Assembly: GCA_964016885.1 (NCBI GenBank)
Contig: OZ024763.1
Location: forward strand, 19,592,001-19,656,000
Source of the DNA: Eledone cirrhosa
Taxonomy: Eukaryota
Reading direction: 5' to 3'
Length of the DNA: 64,000 nt
Shown here: one piece after another, positions 9,627 through 21,997 of the stretch
Numbering within the stretch: position 1 is the stretch's first letter
Layout: every line of letters begins with the position of its first letter
Program-made: the position numbers and the translations under genes
Notes under the pieces: generated by a model
Database searches by the model: none
The model's input: only the letters and a program-made list of their open reading frames with translations
What the model was told of the DNA's origin: nothing

Positions 9627-12137
9627 CTACAGTTCTAATTTGCGATGTTTTAGTTTAGAAATTTTTCAATCACGATGCTGAAGTCAATTTTTTCAGCCAG
9701 TTCTCGCTCTATGTACATCATTGCCAGAGCATTCAACCGCTCTTCACTCATGGTACTACGCAAATAATTCTTTCGAATACTCGTCGAAGATAGTGTCATT
9801 TTCGATGTCACCCTCGTAGAATTTCACAAGATTATCGATTCTCTCTCTATTGCATGTGTCGTCGTCGTCGAAGTGCGCCGGTATCAAGCACGAAAAATCC
9901 TTCACTAGATCGTGCAAGTCGGCAAAACGTTCGTTAAAGCTACTAATGATTCTATCTAAGATAGTGAAATAAACGTCCCGTTTAAAATGCTGACTCATCG
10001 TCTCATGAGGTTCGTCATGAAAACGCTTCTTTTTTCTTTTCCGTTTTTCTGTTGTAAACTCTGGTTCAACTTGACATTGCCCGGCGAGAATTTTAGCGTC
10101 TGATAATGTTCGGTCAAAATATTCATTTGAGCGGATATCTTCAATTTCTTTTACTACATTTTTAATCATGACGTCCGCGGAATATAAGTCGATAGCCTCC
10201 TTCTGCAAATATTGTGAAACAGAATGCAGCTTTTTAAGTAAATTCTGAAACTTCAACATGAAAATGAATTCAAACTTGCTCACATTTAGTAGCAAACCTC
10301 TGGCCTCGGCTAATACTTTTGGAGCAGTGTTGTGAACATCCCCACTTATTATCCTCTCTAGTGCACTTATTACTGCCGGTAAGTTGTTAATGGTAGCCTC
10401 TACAGCCTGAATGTGACTAAACCAGCGCGTATCTGAGAGTCTTTTTAATGTTAATACCGTTGAAATCAATAGTTTTTCTTGTTCTTCTTCGAGGATTTTC
10501 AGCGGTGGCAAGCTTGATGTTAAGAAAACATACAGGCTCTCCAATATACCAAAAAATAATTTACCATCCACTGACGATTGGCTAGCATCGATTAACACCA
10601 GGTTCAGGTTATGAGCGCAACAATGGACGTAAACAGCTTTCGAAGAGCATCTCTCTTTAACTCTAGCCTGAAGCCCAGAAATATGGCCAGACATATTCGA
10701 CACTCCGTCGTAAGCTTGTCCCCTAATATATTGAGCATCCAAGGATAGATCCTGGAAAAGAACTTTCACAAGCGAATCGTAAAATGATTCAGTGGCTGCT
10801 GATTCTAGTTCACAAAACGACAGGAAATGCTCCTGTGCGTGGCCACTTTTCGATACATATTGCAGTGACAGAGCATTGATCCTGATGCGAAATATCTATT
10901 GTGGAATCGATGATGACTGAATAGTATTTTACCGCTTTCACTTCCGTGATTATTTGTTGAGTACATTCGTTTGCCAGGCATTCTATGAATTCGTTTTGTA
11001 ATTTTGGACTTAAGTACATAGGCTGTCCTTTAGTGCGCCCAGGCGAGAATAAATGGCTTTCCAAGATCGTATCATACTTAGCCATCAATTTCAACAATTC
11101 AATAAAGTTTCTTTCATTTTTTGATTTGGCGCCAAGTCCAGCATATTCCCTGTGACCTCTGAAGGGGAGGCCTTGTTTTGCGAGAAATAACGTACAATCA
11201 AGCAATCGCCTCAATATCTGGCGATTTCGTTCAATTCGCTTCTTCTCTTCATGGATGAGGTTATCGATCACTGTTTTATCTGCGTCCAAACGATATTTTG
11301 TCATGAAGTATTACTTTTGTGAATTGACGTGAATGGCACTTTTCTCATGCTTGGCAATTTTTTAGAATCCCCATTTTGAAGTTTGCCATCCCACACTCTG
11401 GATTACCCCAAGTCTTCGAGTAAGATTCGGCATTTTTATCAGCAAACAGCCAACAACAAAAGCAATATAGTCTGTTGGATTCAGGAGAGTATACTAACCA
11501 GTGTCGGTCAACTTTATGGATTCCAGCACACTTTCTCTTGTACCAACTGATATTGAATTTTCTGTGGTTCGAGTCGAGAGGGAAATCAGCAAAATTATCT
11601 TTCAATCCTGGCTGACAAGGACCAACGGCCATGAGGGCGCGAATTAAAGGTGTCGTCAATGGTCTGTCCTTGAAATGTTTTCGGTCGCCTGGATACTTCT
11701 CTTGTAAATTCAACATGCATTCTACTGGCTCATACTCTGCGATTTGTTTTGCCAGTGTAGTTTCCTCTGAATCATTTTCATTTTCAGATTCCGATATAGC
11801 CATTTTTCCCTCTATTGAGTTCGGATCCCCAGTTGGAACTACATCTTCAGTGACTACGACGGTTGTTGAGATAGTCGATGGACCTGAGGCATCTTCGACA
11901 TCAGGTTCTCATGACCCTCCAGTGCTTTTCTGTTTCTCCAGTTCATCTGACCAGACTGACTCGCCAAATATTCCGGCAGTTACGTTTCTTTGGGATGCGT
12001 CACTACTTGTTGACGAAGACTGTTGACTTTTCAGAAAACTTGTGATTAGATGACATTTTGCAGATTCTTCTGTGGCAGCTTGTCTAGCTTCTCTCCTCTT
12101 TGTTGCTCCAGTTTAGTAAGTTTTTTTTAGGCAGCAT
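9627..12137 (-). pseudogene. hAT transposase pseudogene (TTF-type Zn finger, DUF4371-like region, RNase H-like core, partial dimerisation domain)
   Basis: Fragments: WLVYSPESNRLYCFCCWLF; LAKQGLPFRGH..NFIELL..YLSPKLQNE..IIDSTIDISH; RGQAYDGVSNMSG, YVHCCAHNLNL, DTRW; out-of-frame KNYLRSTMSEERLNALAMMYIE. Several frameshifts and stops. Confidence 0.92.
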
Positions 12138-12289
12138 TGTTAATGAGCACTATATTGACACTGTTTTCCAGTGGCTTTGTCTTTAAAAAAAATTCTTCCA
12201 TTTTCCTGTTTCTCTTTTTTTTTTCTATAAGTCTTTAAGTGCCGAAATAGCTTGTGATTAGAAAGCCACTTCACTTACCGCATTTCTCT

Positions 12290-12530
12290 GGTCGTGGCAA
12301 GTCGTTGGCTGGTTTTCCTCTCTTCCACGTGTGTACAATCCAGCTCGCCGATCGCAGCCTCAAATCGCACGTCTGTCTCAGTCCGATGACCGCCGTAGAA
12401 AAGAAGGGGCCTCTCAAGCTGACGTCACATCTGCTCGACTTTCCGGTCGAGCACGCTTCCGGTCAAGCACGCCCAGCCTCCGGCCACTACACACCACACC
12501 ATTCCCACAATGTGCATTATATTGACGCAC
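12290..12530. promoter_or_regulatory. CpG-rich putative promoter inside the hAT 5' region (copies ~28365-28605, ~44440-44680)
   Basis: GC/CpG-rich patch with CACGTG (~12326), TGACGTCA (12420-12427), CTTCCGG (12456-12462) and TTCCCACAATG (~12502). A minus-strand donor CG|GTAAGT lies at ~12273-12280, upstream of the transposase ATG at 12137. Confidence 0.45.
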
Positions 12531-15436
12531 TTGGAATAATGCAATTTGCTTGATTTGATATTCAACACCGAAGAATGTAAAACATGTCAAATAATCGACG
12601 AAAAGCAAATACCAAGTTGTTCTAAAATGTGACTAATGATAAAAAGTAACAACATAAATAAAAATATTATATATATATTTTCTATATAATCACACAATAT
12701 ATAGATATATATATTTGTGTGAATATACTCATGCATAATTATACTTTTAATTAAATATTAGGTTAAAAACCTGAGTATAGAGAATAACATAAGCATGTAT
12801 TACAACATTTCAAACAAATAAAATAATATACAATTTAGATATCAAATCATTTATTTATATTTACAAATCAAAGAATATAATAATCGGTTTTTAATGAGAT
12901 CCCTGTGATTGATGCAAGGCTACTAGTTTGTCAATGTTTAGTGTGAAAGCCGTTAGAGAGAGTCCTAAATCACATCTTCTTTCTATATCAAGGCGATTTT
13001 GACTTTTTGAAAGCAGATGCATCACCTGACTCAACTAAATAAGATGTGGGGAAAGCAAGTGAAAAAAATTTAGCGTTTTTATTTGACGGAATATTGTCTA
13101 CACAGATTAAGCGTTTTCTTTACGTTGTTGTAGTTAAGGATTCGTAATTACATGTGTAATAAGTTATGTGTTTAGAATTATAGCCTAGGGGTCCCACCTA
13201 GACCGACAGGAAAGCTAGGTGGGCGGCAGCCCCCCCCCCCCCCTGTTAGTTACGCCACTGGCTGAGAGTAGGATGACCTGATGAGCTGGCTCCTGTGGTG
13301 GATACCTAAACATAGTAAGACCCTAGCGGGATGACTGAGATTGACCTACATAGATCAAATGTCTCTGGATGTCCAGCTGGAGATTAATGATCTCAGGAAT
13401 GCCATGGAAGATCGTGATATCTAAAAGAGAAAAGTAGAATTGTTCTGGCCAATCCACCTGATCTAATTAATAATAATAATAATAATATATATTGATGAAA
13501 ATTAATTACAGTGAAATATGTTGGAAATCATTCTCAGATACATCCTGTAGAGAGTTCCACTTTATATTATTTGTCATTAAGGTTTCTTACAGAGACACAA
13601 TCTCATTTCATTGTTGAGGGTGGTGGATAGGCAGAATCAGTAGAGCATTCGACAACATACTTTCTGTCATATAGTTACATCCCTTTACATTCTGCTGATT
13701 TCCTCCTCAAAATTAGAAAGACAACAGCCCACATGAGGAAGGAGTTCCACGAAGTGGAGTGGATGTTGCAGTAGGTGACAGGAGTATAACGCCTGTCCCT
13801 CTCTCATTGGTGGATTGGCAGTATTGGTAGAGGGTCAGACACTATGCTTTGACGCATAGATTTACGGCCCTTTCCATTCTGAGTTCAAATCCCGCCGAGG
13901 TCAACTTTGCCTTTCATCCTTACATGGTCGATAAAATAAAGTACCAGTAATGTACTGGGTAATTGCTGGCCTTGTGACAAAATTAAAAAAACAATTATTT
14001 TAGTTGCTTGGGCAGTGGATTGGAAGTATCGGTAGAGGGACGCCTTGCAGCAAAGAGTTACGGCCTTTTATGGTCTGAGTTCAAATCCCGCCGAGGTTAA
14101 CTTTGCCTTTCATCCTTACGAGGTCTATAAAATAAAGTACCAGTAATGGCATAATTGCTGGCCTTGTGCCAAAAGTAGAAAAAATTATTTTAGTTGCTTG
14201 ATTCGTTTTCGTTTTTCTTCTTTACATTTCAGTTTTTTTTTTATGAACTTTAATAATGTGTTTTGTTTTAATATGAACAGTGATGTAAAATTCGTGATAT
14301 TATTTATACAAATCTGAATAAAGAACTAGCATATTGATAGAAAGTGTGAATTAATATAACTGAAGGTTTTTCTGAATTTATTAAATTAAGTAGGGGACTT
14401 TTAAGTCATGACACCGACTTCAAGTAGCCATTAGAAAATTATCATCTACATCGGCTCCAACGTTACCACTTGTACTTAATCTAATTTTATCTTTTGTGGT
14501 GATTATTTCATATTAAGGTAGACATTAATGTTTATATATAACATAAGGTGATTTATGTTCCTTATAGTTGTTGTTTTATCACCTGTATTATTAAATATTT
14601 CATTTCATCACAAACAACACCCAACATCGTGAAGTTGGTTGTTCAACATTTTACAGAACAGGAAAATATTATTTTAGTCAGAAATCAGTGAACATTTAGT
14701 TTTTACTAAATTTTCTTGACATTATATTTGGTCTTCAAAACTGAAGTACGTATTATTTCGTTTTCCATCACAGCACAAACATTGTGAACTTTTCTACTAT
14801 CTGTAGTGAAATATCTTGATTTATTACAACACGTACACACACACGTCTATTTATTTCTCTTTCTCATACGTACACACTGTATGTCTGTATATATATATTA
14901 ACCTTCATCTTATGTAATTATGAATATTAATTCTTTTGTGACCTGAATTGTCGTCAATAACAAGGACCTTTGTTTCGAAGACATATTCGTCTGTTTTATG
15001 AGCTGAAGATTTTAGTGTGCCTACTGCTTCTCTCACTATAACAAAAATAATAGTGGAATACTCCAGAATAATTTCTCTCTCTCTTCATCCAAGATCAGTT
15101 TTACGCTGCCATGCGTCTTATTACTTATACCGAGTGCTACATTACAACTTTGTAGAAGAAGAAAGCCATGCCCTGCAGTCTTTTATGGACACTGTTGTAT
15201 ATTAGACTACATAGTATCTATTAACGATTTCTACATTTCTTAATATATGAGTAAAAGTGATGAGAATCCTTTATGTAAAGATCACTAGCTAGAAATATGT
15301 CCGAATATAGCTGTGAGATTTGCAGGAAAACTTTCCCTTCAAAACTGAAATTATCCTCACACGAGAAAAACACTTCCACTGTGAAATATCTGGGAAGTCT
15401 TTTGTCTTAAGCTGTGACTTGAAAAGACATATAAGA

Positions 15437-17635
15437 ATGCACCCAGGAGAAAAACCTTATGCATGTGAAATATGTGGGAAATCTTTTTCTCTGGCTTCTC
15501 ATCTTGTACCTCACAAAAGAATACACACAGGAGAAAAACCTTATTCATGTGAAATATGTGGGAAATCTTTTTCTCGAGGTTCTTATCTTGTATATCACAA
15601 AAGAATACACACAGGAGAAAAACCTTATTCATGTGAAATATGTGGGAAATCTTTTTCTCGAGGTTCTCATCTTGTACGTCACAAAAGAATACACACAGGA
15701 GAAAAACCTTATTCATGTGAAATATGTGGGAAATCTTTTTCTGATGGTTCTGACCTTATAAAACACAAAAGACTACACACTGGTGAAAAACCGTTCCATT
15801 GTGAAATATGTGGGAAATCTTTTTCTCAAGGTTCTATACTTGTACATCACAAAAGAATACACACAGGAGAAAAACCTTATTCATGTGAAATATGTGGGAA
15901 ACCTTTTTCTGAAAGTTCTCATCTTGTAGATCACAAAAGAATACACACAGGAGAAAAACCTTATTCATGTGAAATATGTGGGAAATCTTTTTCTCATAGT
16001 TCTGTTCTTGTAGGTCACAAAAGAATACACACAGGAGAAAACCCTTATTCATGTGAAATATGTGGGAAATCTTTTTCTCATAGTTCTCATCTTGTACGTC
16101 ACAAAAGAATACACACAGGAGAAAAACCTTATTCATGTGAAATATGTGAGAAATCTTTTTCTGATGGTTCTGACCTTGTAAAACACAAAAGAATACACAC
16201 TGGAGAAAAACCCTTTCATTGTGAAATATGTGGGAAATCTTTTTCTTGTGGTTCTTATGTTGTACGTCACAAAAGAATACACACAGGAGAAAAACCTTAT
16301 TCGTGTGAAATATGTGGGAAATCATTTGTCTCCAACAGTGACTTGAGAAGACATACCACAACACACACAGGAGAAAAACCTTATTCATGTGAAATATGTG
16401 AGAAATCTTTTTCTAATGGTTCTGATCTTGTAAAACACAAAAGAATACACACTGGAGAAAAACCCTTTCATTGTGAAATATGTGGGAAATCTTTTTCTTG
16501 TGGTTCTTATGTTGTACGTCACAAAAGAATACACACAGGAGAAAAACCTTATTCGTGTGAAATATGTGGGAAATCATTTGTCTCCAACAGTGACTTGAGA
16601 AGACATACCACAACACACACAGGAGAAAAACCTTATTCATGTGAAATATGTGGGAAATCTTTTTCTCATAGTTCTGTTCTTGTAGGTCACAAAAGAATAC
16701 ACACAGGAGAAAACCCTTATTCATGTGAAATATGTGGGAAATCTTTTTCTCATAGTTCTCATCTTGTACGTCACAAAAGAATACACACAGGAGAAAAACC
16801 TTATTCATGTGAAATATGTGAGAAATCTTTTTCTGATGGTTCTGACCTTGTAAAACACAAAAGAATACACACTGGTGAAAAACCGTTCCATTGTGAAATA
16901 TGTGGGAAATCTTTTTCTCAAGGTTCTATACTTGTACATCACAAAAGAATACACACAGGAGAAAAACCTTATTCATGTAAAATATGTGGGAAATCTATTT
17001 CACATGGTTCTACACTTGTACATCACAAAAGAATACACACAGGAAAAAAACCTTATTCATGTGAAATATGTGGGAAATCTTTTTCTCTGGCTTCTCATCT
17101 TGTAGATCACAAAAGAATACACACAGGAGAAAAACCTTATTCATGTGAAATATGTGGGAAATCTTTTTCTCGAGGTTCTTATCTTGTATATCACAAAAGA
17201 ATACACACAGGAGAAAACCCTTATTCATGTGAAATATGTGGGAAATCTTTTTCTCATAGTTCTCATCTTGTACGTCACAAAAGAATACACACAGGAGAAA
17301 AACCTTATTCATGTGAAATATGTGAGAAATCTTTTTCTGATGGTTCTGACCTTGTAAAACACAAAAGAATACATACAGGGGAAAAACCCTTTCATTGTGA
17401 AATATGTGGGAAATCTTTTTCTCAAGGTTCTTATGTTGTAAGTCACAAAAGAATACACACAGGAGAAAAGCCTTATTCGTGTGAAATATGTGGGAAATCA
17501 TTTGCCTACAACAGTGACTTGAAAAGACATACCACAACACACACAGGAGAAAAATCTTATTCATGTGAAATATGTGGGAAATCTTTTTCTCAACGTTCTA
17601 CACTTGTACGTCACAAAAGAATACACACTGCATAA
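15437..17635 (+). CDS. C2H2 zinc-finger protein ZNF-A copy 2, 26 intact fingers (732 aa from the first in-frame ATG); may be a pseudogene
   Basis: Uninterrupted finger array. The track start at 15320 is TTG, the ancestral ATG at 15297 is out of frame, and the first in-frame ATG is 15437. No KRAB/ZAD/SCAN/BTB domain is visible. Confidence 0.8.
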   Translation: MHPGEKPYACEICGKSFSLASHLVPHKRIHTGEKPYSCEICGKSFSRGSYLVYHKRIHTGEKPYSCEICGKSFSRGSHLVRHKRIHTGEKPYSCEICGKSFSDGSDLIKHKRLHTGEKPFHCEICGKSFSQGSILVHHKRIHTGEKPYSCEICGKPFSESSHLVDHKRIHTGEKPYSCEICGKSFSHSSVLVGHKRIHTGENPYSCEICGKSFSHSSHLVRHKRIHTGEKPYSCEICEKSFSDGSDLVKHKRIHTGEKPFHCEICGKSFSCGSYVVRHKRIHTGEKPYSCEICGKSFVSNSDLRRHTTTHTGEKPYSCEICEKSFSNGSDLVKHKRIHTGEKPFHCEICGKSFSCGSYVVRHKRIHTGEKPYSCEICGKSFVSNSDLRRHTTTHTGEKPYSCEICGKSFSHSSVLVGHKRIHTGENPYSCEICGKSFSHSSHLVRHKRIHTGEKPYSCEICEKSFSDGSDLVKHKRIHTGEKPFHCEICGKSFSQGSILVHHKRIHTGEKPYSCKICGKSISHGSTLVHHKRIHTGKKPYSCEICGKSFSLASHLVDHKRIHTGEKPYSCEICGKSFSRGSYLVYHKRIHTGENPYSCEICGKSFSHSSHLVRHKRIHTGEKPYSCEICEKSFSDGSDLVKHKRIHTGEKPFHCEICGKSFSQGSYVVSHKRIHTGEKPYSCEICGKSFAYNSDLKRHTTTHTGEKSYSCEICGKSFSQRSTLVRHKRIHTA

Positions 17636-20600
17636 AAACCTTATACATGTGACATATGTGGGAAACTTTTCACTAAGAGTTCTGATCTTGTAGTTCACAA
17701 AAGAATACACACTGGTCAAAAATCCTTGCAATGTGAAATATGTGGGAAATCCTTTGCCTCTAACAGTAAATGGAAAAGACATACAACAATACACACTGGA
17801 GAAAAAACCTTATTCATGTGAAGTTTGTGGGAAATCTTTCCCTCAGAACTCTTCACGAGTTGTTCACAAACGTAGTCAACACTAGTGTTAAACCCCATTA
17901 CTGGGAAATATGAAACATTAATAAACACACAAACAGTTGGAGTAAGAATATGAAATGTGATAAATGTTACTGTTACACATTGAAGCATATATATACACAC
18001 ATACACACACACACACACACACAATCTTGACTCACAAACGTAATTCATTCCTGAAGGCCGATCGTCAGCCAAATTGTTTGTAAAGCAAAACTATTTTTCC
18101 CATATGAAATTTTAAGAGAGAAATACAGGGAGAGAGGCAGTGTAAAAGACTGATAGATATCACCATAGTAACTAACTATGCAGCAAGTGACACTTTCCTG
18201 CTGATACTCCCAGCTTGTTGCCAACCTTTGTTGCTGGCTTGTGTGTTCATTACTTGAGACACCGTTCATCAATGAAGATGTTTTATGTACAGATTTGTTT
18301 TTAATGAGAGGAGTTTGTGATTTGAGGTTCCACTGTATATATATCAGTGTTGTAGTTTGATTGAAGCATTGTTGATAGGAAACACATTTAAATAATTTTG
18401 AAAACCATACATTACGCTAGAAAATTAAAATTTCCAAAATATAGAATCTTTACCTTGGCAAATTTACCAAATATTCTAGTGTTTTAAAACCTATTATTGA
18501 TCCTTTAAGTCTCTCACAGGGATACTCGCTTGTATGGGTTTCAAAATTATTTAAATTTGTGTTTCATATATATATGTATATATATATGTACTTCTCTATC
18601 AATTGTAAGAAATAAACTGCCATATATCAAAGATTACCACAAAAACTAGGCAGTAGAGTACAAGATATGCTGGACACTGCTACTGAAGCAAGGATGACCT
18701 GATGAGCTGGCTGCTGTTGTGGATACCTAAACATAGTAAGAACCTAGTGCGATGACCAAGATTGACTTACATAGATCAGATGTCTCTGGATGTCCAGCTA
18801 GAGATTAATGATCTCAGAAATGCCAGACATCTAAAAGAGAAGAGTAGAGTTGTTCCGGCCAATCCACCTGACCTAATAAATGATAATGATAATATATATT
18901 GATGAAAATTAATTATGGTGAAATATGTTGGAAATTATTCTCAGAGGTTTTGTATTGTAATCCACAAATACACCGTGGAAAGTTCTACTTCATATTATTT
19001 GTCATTGCCATTCTGAGTTCAAATCCCGCCAAAGTTAACTTTGCTTTTCATCCTTATGGGGTCGATAAAATAAAGTACCAGTAATGCACTGGGTAACTGC
19101 TGGCATTGTGCCAAAAGTAGAAACAATTATTTGTCATGTTGAGGGTGGTGGATTTACAGAATCTAGTGTCAGATGATATGCTGCTGAGGTTAGCTTTACT
19201 TTTCTTCCTCAGGTTCAGTAAAATAAAGTACCAGTAATCCACTGGAGTTGATTTAATCAGCTTTCTCCTTCCCTTCCAATAGCTGGCGTTGATAAAAAAC
19301 AATACCAGTCTAATACTGGGGTCTGTTTTTCCTCTCTATTTCTTCCACTCTCTCATTCTCTTTCCTTCTCTGGAAGAAATCAACTGTTCAAACTTGGTGA
19401 GTGAAGGGCTCCACCAAGCTTCAAATATCCACAGTGGCACCCTTATGACTACATCATTTACAAAAACAAAACTAAAGATTTATTCTTTATTTTATAAATC
19501 TTACCTGGTTTATATTTATATTTATGACAAAATATCCATGTGTATTATGTGTAAATAAAACCGATTTTATAACTAATATTTGTTGGATGGTACTTTCATG
19601 ACAGTTCAAATTATTAACATTTGAAAATACTTTAAAACTCTCTCTTTTTCTTCACCCATTTATTCCTGGGAGGGTTGTAGGAGGTAGAGTCCTCACCCGT
19701 TTATAGGTCCTATATGTGTAAAGTTTCCACAACAGATACACAACACATCCAAACCAGGTAGTTATACCTACCCAGTATTTTGATTTTAGTGATTTTTTTT
19801 GTAACAAATCTCAACATCCGAGACCTTACTAAGTGGAGTGCAACTCATCAGATTGGACCAAGGAAACAAAGTTTCCATTGGTCTTTCCAATTGATGATAT
19901 AATCTATAATCTACCAGTTGTAACTCCGGTAAGTAGAACAAGGGGAAATAAAGTGTCCTGCTGAAGAACTTAACACATCACCTAGTCTAGGAATTGAACT
20001 CAGAACCTCATGATTGTCAATCCAACTCTCTTACTACTAAGTGACATATCTTCCTAAGTTTCAGTGATAGTGGACAGTAAATAACGTGATGGTGGTCATT
20101 TTATTTGATAGATTGACCAGTTGATCATCTCAATGGTGTATTATTGCCTTTTTTTCACAGCGTCTCTTGAAGTCGATGAGAAAAAGGTAATAGAGTATTG
20201 GTTAGGGTGTTGGACTCAATGATAAACTTGTGAGTTCAATTCCTGCGATTGGCAACATGTTCTGTCGTACCAGAAGACAATTTATTTCATGTTTCTTCAG
20301 TCCAATCAGCTGGAAAAAAATTAGTTGTGACAACTCTGGTTCCAAGCTATATCAGGCTGTGACTTTCCTTTGGACAACATCATATAGTCTATATATAGTG
20401 ATAACATGGGATGTATAGCTCTTTAGTTCTTAGTCCAGATTGTTCCATCAGGAATATATGTCAACTAATTGTCTCCAATGATTTCAGTTGGTGACAGATT
20501 GTTAACATCCATGGCAGCTGATGTTGACAGTTTGTGGGTCATTTTGGAATGTGTTCCACCAGGTTATCTTCGGCTGGCCTCTTTTCCACATGGCTTCAGG

Positions 20601-21997
20601 GTGTATCCATGTCATCGCTGTTTTAGACAGGTGGTCTTTTGGAGGGTGCAGAATGTGACACACAAAATGGAACCAACATTCTATGATGATCTCCTGTAGT
20701 GTATGTGACCCTGCTCTCCACAGGATCTCACCAGCTGACCTTTAGAATCTTATGCAGGCACCTTTGTTAGAAAATGTTTAGAGACCTATCCATCTTCACA
20801 GTGCGTTTCCATGTTTCACAGTCATAGATGGTCATGGGAAGCACAATGCTAGTGTACAAGCGGAGCTTGAGATACATGCTGAGGGCTCTGTTTGACCAGA
20901 ACCGAGATCCCCTCAGGGAAATAGCCTTCTCCAGTATATAGGAAAGGCGGTAGAAATTCCATCCTCTGCTCCATATGCAAGAGATGTGATGGGATCTCAG
21001 GAAGTTTAGCTCTGAATGTAGGCTCTATGTGTGGCAGTTGCACTGGAACAGTAAACAGCAAATGAGGGCTACCAAATTCTCAGACGGGTCTGTAGAAACA
21101 GTAGATAGCTCCTGCTACTTAGGTGCCCGAAATAGCAGTGGTGCTGGGTGTACTGATGGTACAGGAGCCAGAGTAAGAACGGGATGGAGGAAGTTCAGGG
21201 AACTACTGGCTACATAAGGCTTCTCAAAATGAAAGGCAGATTATCTGATGCATGTGAACGTTCAGCAAGGCTACATGGTACTGAGACTTGGGCGCTGCAT
21301 GCAGAAGTCTTGTGTAGATTGGAAAGAAATGAAGCATAAATCAACTGAGAAAGAAACTAGGCATAAAAGGAATCAAATTCTGTATGCAGGAGAGGAGATT
21401 GCTTTGGTGTGGACATGTGTTGCGTATGAAGGAAGACAGCTGCATAAAAAGCGCTGAAAGTCTTTGGAATCCTTGGAGTGGGGTGACCCAGGAAAACCTG
21501 GGATGAGGTGATTAAAGCCTACCTTGCCCAATTTCACCTCTCAGAAGAGATGACACATGACCAAGATCTCTGGCGATGTGCAGTAATACAACAGTAATAC
21601 GAACACAAGCTGAAGCATATGTACAGTATGCTCCGCTCCCAACAGCCCGCCTAGCCCACACACTAAAGTGGACGTGTAAAAGACACGACAAGAAGCACCC
21701 AGCCCACACTGTGAATGTGGTTGGCATTAGGAAGGGCAACCAGCCAGAAACACCCCTATATGTGTGGTCACGGTCACCCGACACAACTTGCCTCAAAATA
21801 GGATCCATCCAACCCATGCTAGCATCGAAGATGGACATTAATCAATGATGATGATATATATGTAGTGTACACATAGTATAGTATAGTGCATATATATATA
21901 TATATGATAAATGCTGGGGTCAAGCTGATTCAGCCATTCCTCTGGACAACATTATATATAGTGTATGTATGTAGTATATATATATATACATATACCA

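Larger units (their letters stand above)
9140..13260 (-). mobile_element. hAT DNA transposon (Tip100/ZMYM1-like), defective, unit 1; left boundary uncertain
   Basis: The right end reads CAGTGGCGTAACTAACAG(G)n on the minus strand, a hAT-type TIR. It contains a transposase pseudogene, and its flanks match the uninterrupted locus at 60060-60300. No 8-bp TSD is visible. Confidence 0.85.

Noticed and set aside
9756-11803. Domesticated ZMYM1/THAP12-like host gene or three separate genes
   Set aside because: The ORFs are consecutive frameshifted pieces of one transposase inside a TIR-bearing element, and the catalytic segment is deleted.
11631-12608. Plus-strand ORFs 11631-12026 and 12254-12553 and similar 60-180 aa ORFs in the spacers
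   Set aside because: Antisense to the transposase or LINEs, or low-complexity chance ORFs without recognisable motifs; their recurrence reflects only the duplication.
13808-14190. tRNA genes suggested by A/B-box motifs (gagttcaaatccc)
   Set aside because: No cloverleaf can be formed; the motifs run into a shared SINE core and occur in many degenerate copies.
15320-15436. N-terminus [17 protein letters not shown] of the 771-aa ORF
   Set aside because: It starts at TTG and is the wrong-frame reading of ancestral finger 1; not a credible eukaryotic start.
15437-17635. CRISPR-like pattern of constant repeat plus variable spacer
   Set aside because: The period is exactly 28 codons encoding C2H2 fingers, the context is eukaryotic and there are no cas genes.
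15437-17635. Naming the gene PRDM9 or a KRAB-ZNF
   Set aside because: No KRAB, SSXRD or PR/SET exon is recognisable in the unit; the resemblance is only in evolutionary pattern.
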